From contig JANXVW010000133.1 in NCBI GenBank assembly GCA_025351455.1, positions 1 to 53,719 of the forward strand: a stretch of DNA of 53,719 bases, in the 5' to 3' direction. The notes below the pieces were generated by a model. It worked only from the letters and a program-made list of their open reading frames with translations. It ran no database searches and was not told where the DNA came from. Of this stretch, positions 27,948 to 37,352 are shown one piece after another. The position numbers and the translations under genes were made by a program. This DNA comes from Betaproteobacteria bacterium. Its GTDB lineage: Bacteria; Pseudomonadota; Gammaproteobacteria; Burkholderiales; JACQAP01. How positions within the stretch are numbered: the first letter of the stretch is position 1; the number at the start of each line of letters is the position of its first letter.

Positions 27948-28577
27948 TCAGTCGCGCTTGCGCGATGCGCCCGCCGGCAGATTGGCCGCGCGTTTCATTT
28001 CCGCCGTGGCAACAATGTCGGGATCAGCGAGATAATCTTCGACGAAGTCCATCGCATCCGCCCCCCAGAATAATTCGTCGTCGATGATGAGCGTCGGCAC
28101 GCCGAATACGCCACGCGCGATCGCCTGGTCGGTCTCCAGCCGCAATGCATCCTTGATCGCCTGATCGCCCAGCCGGGCGGGATCGATATTGAGGGATCGC
28201 GCGAGTTCGGCGAACGCCCGTTGATCGGCCGGATCGCCGCCCGTCGTCCACAGCGCTGCGAAGATGCGACGGATTGCGTCGGGGGTATTTCCGGCGGCGA
28301 TCGAGAGCCGCAGGTAGGGAAGGGGATTGAAGGGATGAACAGCGGGAGCGCGCATCGGAATGCCTTGCCGCGCCGCCCACCAGGTGCAATAGCGGAATGT
28401 CCAGACGCGCTTGGGTGGAATCTCAGCCGGCCCCTTCTGCTCCCAATGGTTGAGCAAGCCCGCGAACAGGACCGGGCGGTGACGTATGTCCAGCTCCTGC
28501 GAGAACCGCTCGAGCCGCGCCAGCCCGATGTAGGCATAAGGCGAAATGAAGTCGAAATACCAGTCGGCGTTTTTCAT
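27948..28577 (-). CDS. 2-hydroxychromene-2-carboxylate isomerase family (DsbA-like fold)
   Basis: 209 aa. N-terminus WYFDFISPYAYIG and C-terminal GVFGVPTLIIDDELFWGADAM, typical of the HCCA isomerase family. Confidence 0.85.
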   Translation of the reverse strand: MKNADWYFDFISPYAYIGLARLERFSQELDIRHRPVLFAGLLNHWEQKGPAEIPPKRVWTFRYCTWWAARQGIPMRAPAVHPFNPLPYLRLSIAAGNTPDAIRRIFAALWTTGGDPADQRAFAELARSLNIDPARLGDQAIKDALRLETDQAIARGVFGVPTLIIDDELFWGADAMDFVEDYLADPDIVATAEMKRAANLPAGASRKRD

Positions 28578-28671
28578 GGTCCGTGCGTGGTGTCAGGATT
28601 GGATCGTCAGTGTATGTCAGGCGCGCGGTCTGCGAAAAGATCCCGCAACCCGTCGCTCAAACCATAGCCAT

Positions 28672-28694
28672 CTCCCTCCCTTTCAAGGGGAAGG
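28672..28694. repeat. Solo, degenerate C-rich/G-rich hairpin (family E-like)
   Basis: CTCCCTCCCTTTCAAGGGGAAGG resembles the CCTTCCCCTTCAAGGGGAAGG hairpin at 35312-35332. Confidence 0.4.
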
Positions 28695-28712
28695 ACTGAC
28701 AGGTCATCTTTT

Positions 28713-29132
28713 TTACGCAATGTCCGTAACCGGAGTCCATTGTTGCTCGCGCCGCGCGCGTTTCTGCGCCGGCATTTCACTGTCGTAAGTGACGCGGGCC
28801 GCTGCCGGCACTTCGACCAGCGGGGAGACGACATTCACATTCAGCGTGGCAAAGCGGCCGCTCGGCGAGCCGATCGCGCTGGCAACATACACGCCGCAAT
28901 TACGGCAGACGTAAAAATCCGCGGACTTCAACGCGAAGCGATAGCGGTTCAGCCTGGACTCATCGGGAGTGATGAAGTGGACGGACGCTTCAGTGTCTGA
29001 AGTCGTTCGAGCACCATGGGCGCGACAGAAGCTGCATTGGCAGGCGCAGACTGTCCACTGGTCCGGTGTGCGCGCACCGCGCAACTTGAACCCGGTGGCG
29101 CCGCAATGGCATCGACCTTGATAGGTATGCAT
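28713..29132 (-). CDS. GFA-family (glutathione-dependent formaldehyde-activating / CENP-V-like) zinc protein
   Basis: 139 aa from MHTYQGRCHCGATGF. Cys pattern CxC...CxCxxC...CxxC, typical of the GFA domain. Confidence 0.8.
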   Translation of the reverse strand: MHTYQGRCHCGATGFKLRGARTPDQWTVCACQCSFCRAHGARTTSDTEASVHFITPDESRLNRYRFALKSADFYVCRNCGVYVASAIGSPSGRFATLNVNVVSPLVEVPAAARVTYDSEMPAQKRARREQQWTPVTDIA

Positions 29133-29139
29133 GGCCTGT

Positions 29140-29508
29140 TTAGCGGGCGGAAGGAATATCTTCGTAGCGCAGGAAGACTTGCTTGCCGGCCTCCCGCGCC
29201 AGCGTAACCATTTCATCCGCTCCGGTGGAAGGACCGCCGATGCGCAGGCAGGCGTCGCACTTGGCGACGAGGCGGCGCGAAACCGGATGGAAAATCTCGT
29301 CGAACGCGGCGTCGCCGATGTGCTTCGATCCGGCCGCCTCGATAAGCGGTAGTGCGAACCATTCGCCGAGCACGGGAAGGTGTCCCGAACGGAACAGGCG
29401 AAGCGCGATGTCGGTCATCGCCTGGACGTTGCGCGTGATCAGTAGGGGATCGTCGTTGGTGCCTGACCGGTAGGGCCCGGCCACTAGAATCATGAGAGGG
29501 GAGGTCAT
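29140..29508 (-). CDS. Small alpha/beta protein, nucleoside 2-deoxyribosyltransferase-like (DUF4406/DUF1937-like); tentative
   Basis: 122 aa. LMILVAGPYRSG... N-terminal strand-loop and C-terminal ...CDACLRIGGPSTGADEMVTLAREAGKQVF fit that superfamily pattern. This is from memory, not searched. Confidence 0.55.
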   Translation of the reverse strand: MTSPLMILVAGPYRSGTNDDPLLITRNVQAMTDIALRLFRSGHLPVLGEWFALPLIEAAGSKHIGDAAFDEIFHPVSRRLVAKCDACLRIGGPSTGADEMVTLAREAGKQVFLRYEDIPSAR

Positions 29509-29539
29509 CTTTTATCAGCCAGCGGAATCGATTTCGGTA

Positions 29540-29983
29540 TCAATCCTGTGATTCATCCGGTACTAGTAGCAGCCAGTTTATCCCGAGCAGGGTCGCGACA
29601 GTCTGGAAAAACCGGATTGGCAATTCCGTCGCGCCTTGAATCGGGCGCGCGATAAAATCGCGCAGTTCCCAGCCCATCTGCTCTTCCAGCTGCTCGACGG
29701 TAATGCCCGCGTGTTTTGCATAAGCGAGGATGTGGTCCGGCAGTTCGATTAGCGTAATGCTTTTGCCGGAAACCGGCGGCGCATCCAGCAGCTCATGCAA
29801 CGGCACTTCGAGGATCGACGCGAGTTCCATGGCCTTGAACATCGTCAGCGTTGCAGCAAGTTCGCCGTCGCGCGATTCGACGTCCGCATACCAGGCGATG
29901 TTGAGATCGAGGCTTTTCGCCAAATCCGCCTGGGATTTTCCGGCGCGAATGCGATAAGCCCGAAGGCGGGCCGCGGTCCCCAT
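29540..29983 (-). CDS. XRE-family helix-turn-helix protein with an extra C-terminal domain
   Basis: 147 aa. LRAYRIRAGKSQADLAKSLDLNIAWYADVES is an XRE-type HTH. Confidence 0.75.
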   Translation of the reverse strand: MGTAARLRAYRIRAGKSQADLAKSLDLNIAWYADVESRDGELAATLTMFKAMELASILEVPLHELLDAPPVSGKSITLIELPDHILAYAKHAGITVEQLEEQMGWELRDFIARPIQGATELPIRFFQTVATLLGINWLLLVPDESQD

Positions 29984-30037
29984 GCCGGCCGAGCGCTAAG
30001 GAATCGCTGTGGGTCGAAGGACTGCGAACATGTGCCC

Positions 30038-30475
30038 TTACCTGTACGGTTCGAGCGGATCCTTCGGCAGGCGGATGAAATCAGAGCGGATCCGCGGCTC
30101 CTTGTTTTTCAACACCGCCATGCGGCCGGTGCATTCGATCTCCCGCTCATAGCTGCCAACGGACTTCAGGTAGGCCGCCGCTTTTCTGCCCAGCGCCACG
30201 CGGTCCGGAGAGCCAGGTTTCATCGCGGCCTCCACTCCGGTTATGCGCAATTTTCGGATACTCCATCGAGCCAGGGCCGTATCGAGTTCGGCCTTCGAAG
30301 CCGGGAATACTTTTCCGCACTCGTCGACGAAGGCCGCGGTTTCGGCGGCAGCCAGGCGAATGCAGGCCGCTGCGTCCTGGCTGCAATCCGGAGCGCCGGC
30401 GGACAGGGCGTCCTGCGCGGTCAGGGCGATCAGGACGGGAAGGACCAGGTTGCGTATCAACGATGTCGTGGACAT
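30038..30475 (-). CDS. Hypothetical exported protein
   Basis: 145 aa. Signal peptide LVLPVLIALTAQDALSA and three Cys in the mature part. No clear SD. No family recognised. Confidence 0.5.
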   Translation of the reverse strand: MSTTSLIRNLVLPVLIALTAQDALSAGAPDCSQDAAACIRLAAAETAAFVDECGKVFPASKAELDTALARWSIRKLRITGVEAAMKPGSPDRVALGRKAAAYLKSVGSYEREIECTGRMAVLKNKEPRIRSDFIRLPKDPLEPYR

Positions 30476-30510
30476 GGGAGTGTAAGGTTGGCGTGGTCAG
30501 TCGGATATTC

Positions 30511-30945
30511 TCATGAATTGGCGCGCACCCAACTGGCGATCGCGCTTGCGCCCATCGCGCCGGACTGGCGTGCGATCTCGCGTCCGCCACGAAATAACGC
30601 CATGGTCGGAATGCTGCGGATATTGAAGCGCTGCGCAAGATTCTGCGCGACTTCCGTATTGACCTTGGCCAGGCGCACGGCAGGCTCGAGCATCCCGGCC
30701 GCCTTTTCGAATTCCGGCGCCATCGACCGGCAAGGTGCGCACCATGGCGCCCAGAAATCGATCACGACCGGGACGTCATTGCCGGCCACATGCCGCTCGA
30801 ACCCGGCTTCATCCAGCTCGACGGGATGGCCGTCGAACAACGCCTGGTGGCATTTTCCGCAGCGCGGACCGGACGTGGCGCGCGCCGCCGCGACGCGGTT
30901 GGTGGTGGTGCAATGCGGACAGACGATGTGAAGCGGGTTGCTCAT
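30511..30945 (-). CDS. trxC: Thioredoxin 2 (zinc-finger thioredoxin)
   Basis: 144 aa. N-terminal CPHC...CGKC zinc finger plus the WAPWCAPC active site. Collinear with E. coli TrxC. GGGAG SD. Confidence 0.92.
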   Translation of the reverse strand: MSNPLHIVCPHCTTTNRVAAARATSGPRCGKCHQALFDGHPVELDEAGFERHVAGNDVPVVIDFWAPWCAPCRSMAPEFEKAAGMLEPAVRLAKVNTEVAQNLAQRFNIRSIPTMALFRGGREIARQSGAMGASAIASWVRANS

Positions 30946-31059
30946 GGAATACTCCCTTCAGAAGCCGTTCATGCCCCTGCACATGGTGGCAAGACCGGCA
31001 AATCAAAAGGGGGCGTTTCGGTGAATGCTCCGGAAGACGTTACCCGCCAATATGCCTGC

Positions 31060-31272
31060 TCAGGCCGACTTGCGCTCGACGCTGCGTGCCCTGCACTCAG
31101 GCCTGGACTTTTCTGGCGATGCGCCGTAGAAGAACGTCTCCTCCGCGATACGCGCGCCTTCCCAGCGCTGGTAGGCAAGTTCCTCCATGTGCATGACCGT
31201 TCCGTCGAGCCATTCGAAGTGGAATATCCAGTGAATGGCCACCCGGCCGCCGTTCACGAATACTGGATCCAC
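31060..31272 (-). pseudogene. Possible remnant (C-terminal half) of an NTF2/SnoaL-like protein
   Basis: 70-aa ORF. GRVAIHWIFHFEWLDGTVMHMEELAYQRWEGARIAEETFFY looks like the last beta-strands of an NTF2-like fold. There is no room upstream for the N-terminal half. Confidence 0.35.
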
Positions 31273-31280
31273 GATCGGGA

Positions 31281-31436
31281 TTATCGCCTGCCTTTATGAT
31301 CTTTCTGGCCGTCATTTTTATGCCTGCCGGCGACTTCCTTCTGTTCCGCCTTTTGCTTTTGCCTGGCGATGTCGTCGCTCTTGGGTGGAATGGTTTTCGC
31401 GTGGGCCGGATTCGGATCCTTGTTCTGCGTTGTCAT
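31281..31436 (-). CDS. Small (51 aa) highly charged hydrophilic protein, not in the ORF track
   Basis: AGGAGG lies 5 nt before the ATG at 31436. MTTQNKDPNPAHAKTIPPKSDDIARQKQKAEQKEVAGRHKNDGQKDHKGRR, TAA at 31281-31283. Confidence 0.5.
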   Translation of the reverse strand: MTTQNKDPNPAHAKTIPPKSDDIARQKQKAEQKEVAGRHKNDGQKDHKGRR

Positions 31437-31677
31437 GAAATCCTCCTGGTAAAGTGGAGTGGTAGGGTAAAAACGCGGCGCTGGACTTCCGTCGGTGGGG
31501 CTTCTCCTGGTCGATCTTGATGGCGCTTTTCTTGTATTTGTCCGGGACCGATCGACCGTATTGGGGTATGGCCCCGGTCATCCACCCACGTACGGACCGG
31601 CGGGTGTGACTTGGCCAAAGCCCGCGAAGGATCAACTGCGCAGAGGCAGTGCGATTTTCGATTGATGTGTTAGCAAC

Positions 31678-33015
31678 TCAACGTTGTAAGGAGGCTTGCT
31701 TCGTCAGCGGCGTCACGCGCCAGATCACGTTGCCGACATCATCGGCGACCAGCAGCGCGCCGGCCTTGTCCACCGCGACGCCGACCGGGCGGCCGTACGC
31801 ATCGCCGTCTGACGTCAGAAAGCCGGTGAGAATGTCTTCGGCGTCGCCATTCGGGCGGCCATTTGTGAACGGCACGAAGATCACCTTGTAACCGCTGGAA
31901 GGTTTGCGATTCCAAGAGCCGTGCTGGCCGACGAACGCGCCGTTCGCATAACGCGCGGGCAGGAGTTTGCCGTCGTAGAAGACAAGCCCGAGTGACGCCG
32001 TATGCGGACCCAGCGCGTAGTCGGGCGGGATGGCTTTGGCGACCAGGTCGGGGCGCGGCGGCTTGACGCGTTCATCGACATGCTGGCCGTAGTAGGTGTA
32101 AGGCCAGCCGTAGAAAGCGCCGTCCCTGACGGACGTCAGGTAGTCGGGTACGAGGTCGCCGCCGATTTCGTCGCGCTCGTTCACCACAGTCCACAGCACG
32201 CCGCTTTGCGGTTGCCAGCTCATGCCGTTCGGGTTGCGCAATCCGGACGCGAACAGGCGGGTGTTGCCGCTGACGGTATCGATCTCCAGAATGGCGGCGC
32301 GATTTTCTTCCTTGTCCATGCCGTTTTCCGCGACGTTGCTGTTCGAGCCCACGGTCGCATAAAGATGTTTTCCGTCGCGGCTGGCGATGATGTTCTTGGT
32401 CCAGTGATGATTGATCGGTCCGGCGGGCAGGTCGGCGATTTTCCTGCCGGGATCGACAATGCGGGTGTCGCCGGCCTTGTAGGCAAAGCGCATGACGGCA
32501 TCGGAGTTGGCGACATAGAGGCTGTCTCCGACGAGCGCCATGCCGAACGGGGAATGCAGGCCCTCCAGGAACACGGTTTTCGTTTCCACCACGCCGTCGC
32601 CGTCGGCATCGCGCAGCAGGGTAATGCGATTCGCGCTCGGCGTGCCCGCGCCGGCGCGCTTCATGACTTTTTTCATGACCCAGCCCTTGATGCTTTTGCC
32701 GTCTTCGGGTTTCGGCGGGGCGTTGGTCTCGGCGACGAGGACGTCGCCATTCGGCAGCACGTAGACCCAGCGCGGATGATCGAGCCCACTCGCGTACGCG
32801 CTGACCGTCAACCCTTCGGCGGCGACGGGCTTGGCGCCCGCCGGCCAACCTTTCGCGGGGGCGATGTTTATGGTGGGGATGAGCGTGTGGTGCGGAGGCG
32901 GCAAGGTTGGGCTGGGGCCCATGCCGGCTTTGATCGGCAAAGTGGTCTGATCGCCGCAACCGGCGAACACCAGTACGATTGCCGCACACGACAGGGACTT
33001 ATTTGCGATGCGCAT
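31678..33015 (-). CDS. PQQ-dependent sugar (sorbosone-type) dehydrogenase family lipoprotein
   Basis: About 445 aa from MRIANKSL with lipobox [23 protein letters not shown] and beta-propeller repeats typical of soluble aldose/sorbosone dehydrogenases. Confidence 0.85.
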   Translation of the reverse strand: MRIANKSLSCAAIVLVFAGCGDQTTLPIKAGMGPSPTLPPPHHTLIPTINIAPAKGWPAGAKPVAAEGLTVSAYASGLDHPRWVYVLPNGDVLVAETNAPPKPEDGKSIKGWVMKKVMKRAGAGTPSANRITLLRDADGDGVVETKTVFLEGLHSPFGMALVGDSLYVANSDAVMRFAYKAGDTRIVDPGRKIADLPAGPINHHWTKNIIASRDGKHLYATVGSNSNVAENGMDKEENRAAILEIDTVSGNTRLFASGLRNPNGMSWQPQSGVLWTVVNERDEIGGDLVPDYLTSVRDGAFYGWPYTYYGQHVDERVKPPRPDLVAKAIPPDYALGPHTASLGLVFYDGKLLPARYANGAFVGQHGSWNRKPSSGYKVIFVPFTNGRPNGDAEDILTGFLTSDGDAYGRPVGVAVDKAGALLVADDVGNVIWRVTPLTKQASLQR

Positions 33016-33298
33016 GCATGGTCTCCAAAAAAATCGGGATGGGAAAAATTTCCGGCAATCAGAATTCCGCGATATGCCAGCGCCAACCGTCAATATGCCT
33101 TGGCGCGTCGCGCGGAGGAACGCGGTTTCTCACGTCCCGTACAGACATGGACTCCGTTAATTTCCGATGGTTCGCCGCTCTCGGCCTTACCAGGATCATC
33201 GGCGTCCTTGTTCGCGATTGGGTTTCAGGGTTTAAATTCTTGTCCTCCCGCCTGGAGTTTCCCGGATTCATCGACCTGCGTCTTCGGCTCACGTTAAG

Positions 33299-35254
33299 AT
33301 GCGTCCTATCTTGACCGCAGACCTGCAGCACTTCTTCGACGATTCCGGCCCGCTTGCCGGCACCATTCCCGGCTACCGTCTGCGCCCGCAGCAACTGGAA
33401 ATGGCCCTTGCGGTCGCGCATGCCATCGAAACCAGGGGACTGCTCATCGCCGAGGCGGGCACCGGCACGGGCAAGACCTTTGCCTACCTCGCGCCGGCGT
33501 TGTCCAAGGGCGGCAAGGTAATTGTCTCGACGGGCACCAAGACGCTGCAGGACCAGCTCTACGATCGTGACATCCCCATGGTGCGCAACGCATTGCAGGC
33601 GCCGGTCACCGTGGCGCTGCTCAAGGGCCGCGCCAATTATGTCTGCCATTACCACCTCGAGCGCGCCAAGAACGACGGGCGCTTCCTGAATCGCGACGAC
33701 GTGGTCTATCTCGCGCGCATCGAGTCCTACGCCAAGACCAGCAAGACCGGGGATCGCGGCGGCCTGGCGGAAGTGCCGGAAGACGCGACCGTATGGCCGC
33801 AAGTGACCTCGACGCGCGAGAACTGCCTCGGCGGCGACTGTCCGAACTACAAGGATTGCTTCGTCATGGAAGCACGCAAGCAGGCAATGGAAGCCGATGT
33901 CGTGGTGGTGAACCATCATCTGTTCTTCGCCGATGTAGTGCTGCGCGACGAGGGCGTGGCGGAACTCCTGCCGGCATGCAATACGGTAATTTTCGACGAG
34001 GCCCATCAATTGCCCGAGACGGCCAGCCTGTTTTTCGGCGAGAGCGTATCGAGCAGCCAACTGATCGAACTCGCGCGCGATACGCGCATTGAGGCGGCGA
34101 CTTCCGCGAGGGACAATGCCGCGCTGCCAGAGGCCTCGTCGGCACTGGAAAAGGCGGCGCGCGACCTGCGCTTGCAGTTCCGCGAGGAGGCCGGCCGGCA
34201 GCCGTTATCCGCGGCGCAGGTCAATCCGGCTTTCGCGCAAGCGCTGGACCTGGCCGTGACGCGATTGACCGACCTGACTGCGCTGCTGGAGTCTCAGGCC
34301 GACCGTTCGGAAGGATTGCAGAACTGCTGGACCCGCGGCATCGATTTGCTCGGCGGCCTGGCCCGCTGGTGGGAGGACGAGGACAAATCGTGGGTGCGCT
34401 GGATCGAAATATTCGGCGGTTCAGTGCACCTGAATGCGACACCGCTTTCGATCGCGGATATTTTCCATCGACAGATCACCGGTAATCCGCGCGCATGGAT
34501 TTTTACATCGGCGACATTGTCGGTGCAGGGAAATTTTTCCCACTACCAGCGTGAAATGGGATTGGCGGACGCCGCCACCGCATTCTGGGAGAGCCCCTTC
34601 GACTACGCAAACCAGGCGTTGCTCTACGTCCCGGAAGGATTGCCCGAACCGAACGTGGAAGGCTATACGCGCAAGGCGGTTGAAGCCGCGCTGCCCGTGA
34701 TCGAAGCGGCCGAGGGCCGTACTTTCTTCCTGTTCACGAGTTTGCGCGCAATGCGTGAAGCGCGCGATCTCATGGAAACCGGCATGAAGAAAATGGGCAT
34801 GGACTATCCGTTGCTCATGCAGGGCGAAGGCTCTCGCTCGGAATTGCTTGAGCGCTTCCGCAGGCTCGGCAACGCGGTATTGCTGGGTAGCCAGTCGTTC
34901 TGGGAGGGCGTGGATGTGCGCGGCGAAGCATTGTCATTGGTAATCATCGACCGCCTGCCGTTTTCCCCGCCCGATGATCCGGTACTCGCCGCGCGCATCG
35001 CGAAGATCAATGCCGAAGGACGCAATGCCTTCATGGAATACCAGTTGCCGCAGGCGGTGATCACGCTGAAGCAGGGCGCCGGCCGCCTGATTCGCGACGA
35101 GAATGATCGAGGCGTGCTGATGATTTGCGATCCGCGGCTCATCACAAAACAATACGGCAAGCGCATCTGGCGCAGCCTGCCACCGATGCGCCGCACGCGC
35201 GAGCAGTCGGACGTGCTCGATTTCTATCGCCAGATCGCCGGCGCGGCGGCCTGA
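33299..35254 (+). CDS. yoaA: DinG-family ATP-dependent DNA helicase YoaA
   Basis: 651 aa. EAGTGTGKTFAYLAPAL Walker A, Fe-S Cys cluster ...NCLGGDCPNYKDCF, DEAH box FDEAHQL. Collinear with E. coli YoaA. Confidence 0.9.
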   Translation: MRPILTADLQHFFDDSGPLAGTIPGYRLRPQQLEMALAVAHAIETRGLLIAEAGTGTGKTFAYLAPALSKGGKVIVSTGTKTLQDQLYDRDIPMVRNALQAPVTVALLKGRANYVCHYHLERAKNDGRFLNRDDVVYLARIESYAKTSKTGDRGGLAEVPEDATVWPQVTSTRENCLGGDCPNYKDCFVMEARKQAMEADVVVVNHHLFFADVVLRDEGVAELLPACNTVIFDEAHQLPETASLFFGESVSSSQLIELARDTRIEAATSARDNAALPEASSALEKAARDLRLQFREEAGRQPLSAAQVNPAFAQALDLAVTRLTDLTALLESQADRSEGLQNCWTRGIDLLGGLARWWEDEDKSWVRWIEIFGGSVHLNATPLSIADIFHRQITGNPRAWIFTSATLSVQGNFSHYQREMGLADAATAFWESPFDYANQALLYVPEGLPEPNVEGYTRKAVEAALPVIEAAEGRTFFLFTSLRAMREARDLMETGMKKMGMDYPLLMQGEGSRSELLERFRRLGNAVLLGSQSFWEGVDVRGEALSLVIIDRLPFSPPDDPVLAARIAKINAEGRNAFMEYQLPQAVITLKQGAGRLIRDENDRGVLMICDPRLITKQYGKRIWRSLPPMRRTREQSDVLDFYRQIAGAAA

Positions 35255-35311
35255 GTGGTCAACAGGTCACGAGAACCTTTCCGAACGACGATACTGACAG
35301 TGAACTGGACT

Positions 35312-35427
35312 CCTTCCCCTTCAAGGGGAAGGTCGGGATGGGGATGGGTGCGTCTTTCGCGGTTTTGTTTGAAGTCGTACTTTACCGTCCCCCATCCCCG
35401 CCCCGGCCCTCCCCCTGAAAGGGAGGG
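35312..35427. repeat. Composite C-rich/G-rich hairpin pair (family E, copy 2)
   Basis: CCTTCCCC-TTCAA-GGGGAAGG plus GGGATGGGGATGGG on the left. CCCCCATCCCCGCCCC plus CCCTCCC-CCTGAAA-GGGAGGG on the right. Confidence 0.75.
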
Positions 35428-35534
35428 AGTAAGTTTCCCGACTGCGCTGCTGCGGCGGTCCCCCGACCAGTCCGAACCCGACAACATTGCGCTCCCGTTT
35501 CCCGCGAAGGGGTGGGAGATTTGGCTGCGTGATT

Positions 35535-35933
35535 TTAATTAACGAAAAAGTGCGGGTGGATGAGCCAGGCCCAGAGCACCCACAACGCCACGACCCACAG
35601 CAGCACAATGGCCGCCGCGGCAACCCAGTTGCGCGGGCTTAGACGGCGCGCTTCTAGCCAGGCTTGCGCGCGGGCACGGGCATCCACCAGAACCTGAGGC
35701 GGCAATAGTTTCAAGACGAGCCAGATCGCGCCGGGGAGCAGGATGATTTCATCGAGGTAGCCGACGATCGGAATGAAGTCCGGAATAAGGTCGATGGGCG
35801 ACAGCGCGTAGGCGACGATGAAGACCGCCAGCCATTTTGCGTACCACGGTGCCCGCGGATCGCGCGAGGCGAACCAGAGGACGAGCGCGTCGCGCTTAAG
35901 GGCTGCGGCCCAGGTTTTCAGCCGCTCCAGCAT
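35535..35933 (-). CDS. YkvA/DUF1232-family membrane protein
   Basis: 132 aa with the hallmark SPIDLIPDFIPIVGYLDE. Confidence 0.85.
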   Translation of the reverse strand: MLERLKTWAAALKRDALVLWFASRDPRAPWYAKWLAVFIVAYALSPIDLIPDFIPIVGYLDEIILLPGAIWLVLKLLPPQVLVDARARAQAWLEARRLSPRNWVAAAAIVLLWVVALWVLWAWLIHPHFFVN

Positions 35934-35935
35934 GG

Positions 35936-37285
35936 TCAGGAGACCAGTTCGCCGTACAGGTCGTGCGTGTCCGCGCGAGTGATGCGTACTTTGACGAAGT
36001 CGCCGGCTTTGGTGTCCGCGGCCTTGCGGATATGCACGACACCGTCGATTTCCGGCGCGTCCGCACTGGAGCGGCCGGCCGCCTTGTTGTCACCGGCCTC
36101 GTCGACGAGCACCGTCAGCGTGCTGCCGACTTTGCGTTTGAGGCGTTGCGCGCTGATTTTTTCCTGTGTGGCCATGAAGCGGGCGCGGCGTTCTTCGCGC
36201 ACCTCATCCGGCACCGCATCGGGCAGCGCATTGGCAGTTGCACCGTCGACCGGGGAATAGGCGAAACAACCGACCCGGTCGAGCTGGGCTTCTTCGAGGA
36301 ATTCCAGCAGCGCGGAAAATTCCGCTTCAGTCTCGCCGGGGAAACCGGCGATGAAGGTGCTGCGGATGGTGAGGTCGGGACAGATTTCGCGCCACGCACG
36401 AATACGCTCCAGGTTGTTCTCAGCATCTGCCGGGCGCTTCATCAGCTTGAGGATGCGTGAGCTCGCATGCTGGAACGGCACATCGAGGTACGGCAGGATT
36501 TTTCCGTCGGCCATCAGCGGCAGGACTTCGTCGACGTGCGGGTAAGGGTAGACGTAATGCAAGCGCACCCATACGCCGAGTTCGCCGAGCGCCTGCGCCA
36601 ACTCCGTCATGCGCGTCTTCAACGGCCTGCCGCCCCAGAACCCGGTACGGTATTTGATATCGACACCGTAGGCGCTGGTGTCTTGTGAAATCACGAGCAA
36701 TTCCTTGACGCCGGCCTTCACCAGATTTTCCGCCTCCTGCATGACTTCGCCGACCGGGCGGCTGACCAGGTCCCCGCGCATGGAGGGAATTATGCAAAAG
36801 GTGCAGCGATGGTTGCAGCCTTCGGAGATTTTCAGATAGGCAAAATGTTTCGGCGTGAGCCTGATGCCTTGCGGTGGCACGAGGTCCGCGAAAGGATCGT
36901 GGGGCATGGGCAGATGATCGTGTACCGCGCGCATGACCTGTTCGGTGGCATGCGGGCCGGTAACTGCGAGGACCTGCGGATGCGCCTGCTTGACCACGTC
37001 GCCCTTGGCGCCAAGACAGCCGGTGACGATGACTTTGCCATTTTCGGCGAGCGCCTCGCCGATGGCGTCGAGGGATTCTTCGACTGCCGCGTCAATGAAG
37101 CCGCAAGTATTTACCACAACAAGGTCCGCGTCCTGGTAACTGCCGGAGATGAGATAGCCCTCGGCGCGCAGTTGCGTGAGGATGCGCTCCGAATCAACCA
37201 GCGCCTTCGGGCAGCCGAGCGAAACGAAGCCGACCCTGGGTTGCGATGCGGGTTTGCTGCGGGGAGGGGTCTTGACGGCGCTCAT
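35936..37285 (-). CDS. rimO: Ribosomal protein S12 methylthiotransferase RimO
   Basis: [27 protein letters not shown], radical-SAM [13 protein letters not shown]-terminus. Start set at MSAVKT (37285), not the ORF-track start at 37411. Confidence 0.93.
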   Translation of the reverse strand: MSAVKTPPRSKPASQPRVGFVSLGCPKALVDSERILTQLRAEGYLISGSYQDADLVVVNTCGFIDAAVEESLDAIGEALAENGKVIVTGCLGAKGDVVKQAHPQVLAVTGPHATEQVMRAVHDHLPMPHDPFADLVPPQGIRLTPKHFAYLKISEGCNHRCTFCIIPSMRGDLVSRPVGEVMQEAENLVKAGVKELLVISQDTSAYGVDIKYRTGFWGGRPLKTRMTELAQALGELGVWVRLHYVYPYPHVDEVLPLMADGKILPYLDVPFQHASSRILKLMKRPADAENNLERIRAWREICPDLTIRSTFIAGFPGETEAEFSALLEFLEEAQLDRVGCFAYSPVDGATANALPDAVPDEVREERRARFMATQEKISAQRLKRKVGSTLTVLVDEAGDNKAAGRSSADAPEIDGVVHIRKAADTKAGDFVKVRITRADTHDLYGELVS

Positions 37286-37298
37286 GCGGTGACCGGAT

Positions 37299-37333
37299 GA
37301 AAAACGGCGCGGAACCGGCAGTTCCGCGCCGTG
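37299..37333 (-). terminator. Rho-independent terminator of phaR
   Basis: A perfect 12-bp stem, ACGGCGCGGAAC/GTTCCGCGCCGT, around a 5-nt loop. It is followed on the minus strand by TTTTT. Confidence 0.8.
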
Positions 37334-37352
37334 CACATTCTTGGCTTTATCT

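Noticed and set aside
31296-31635. 74-105-aa ORFs on both strands between the small charged protein gene and the dehydrogenase gene
   Set aside because: They have no SD, are low-complexity or overlapping frames, and no motif was recognised.
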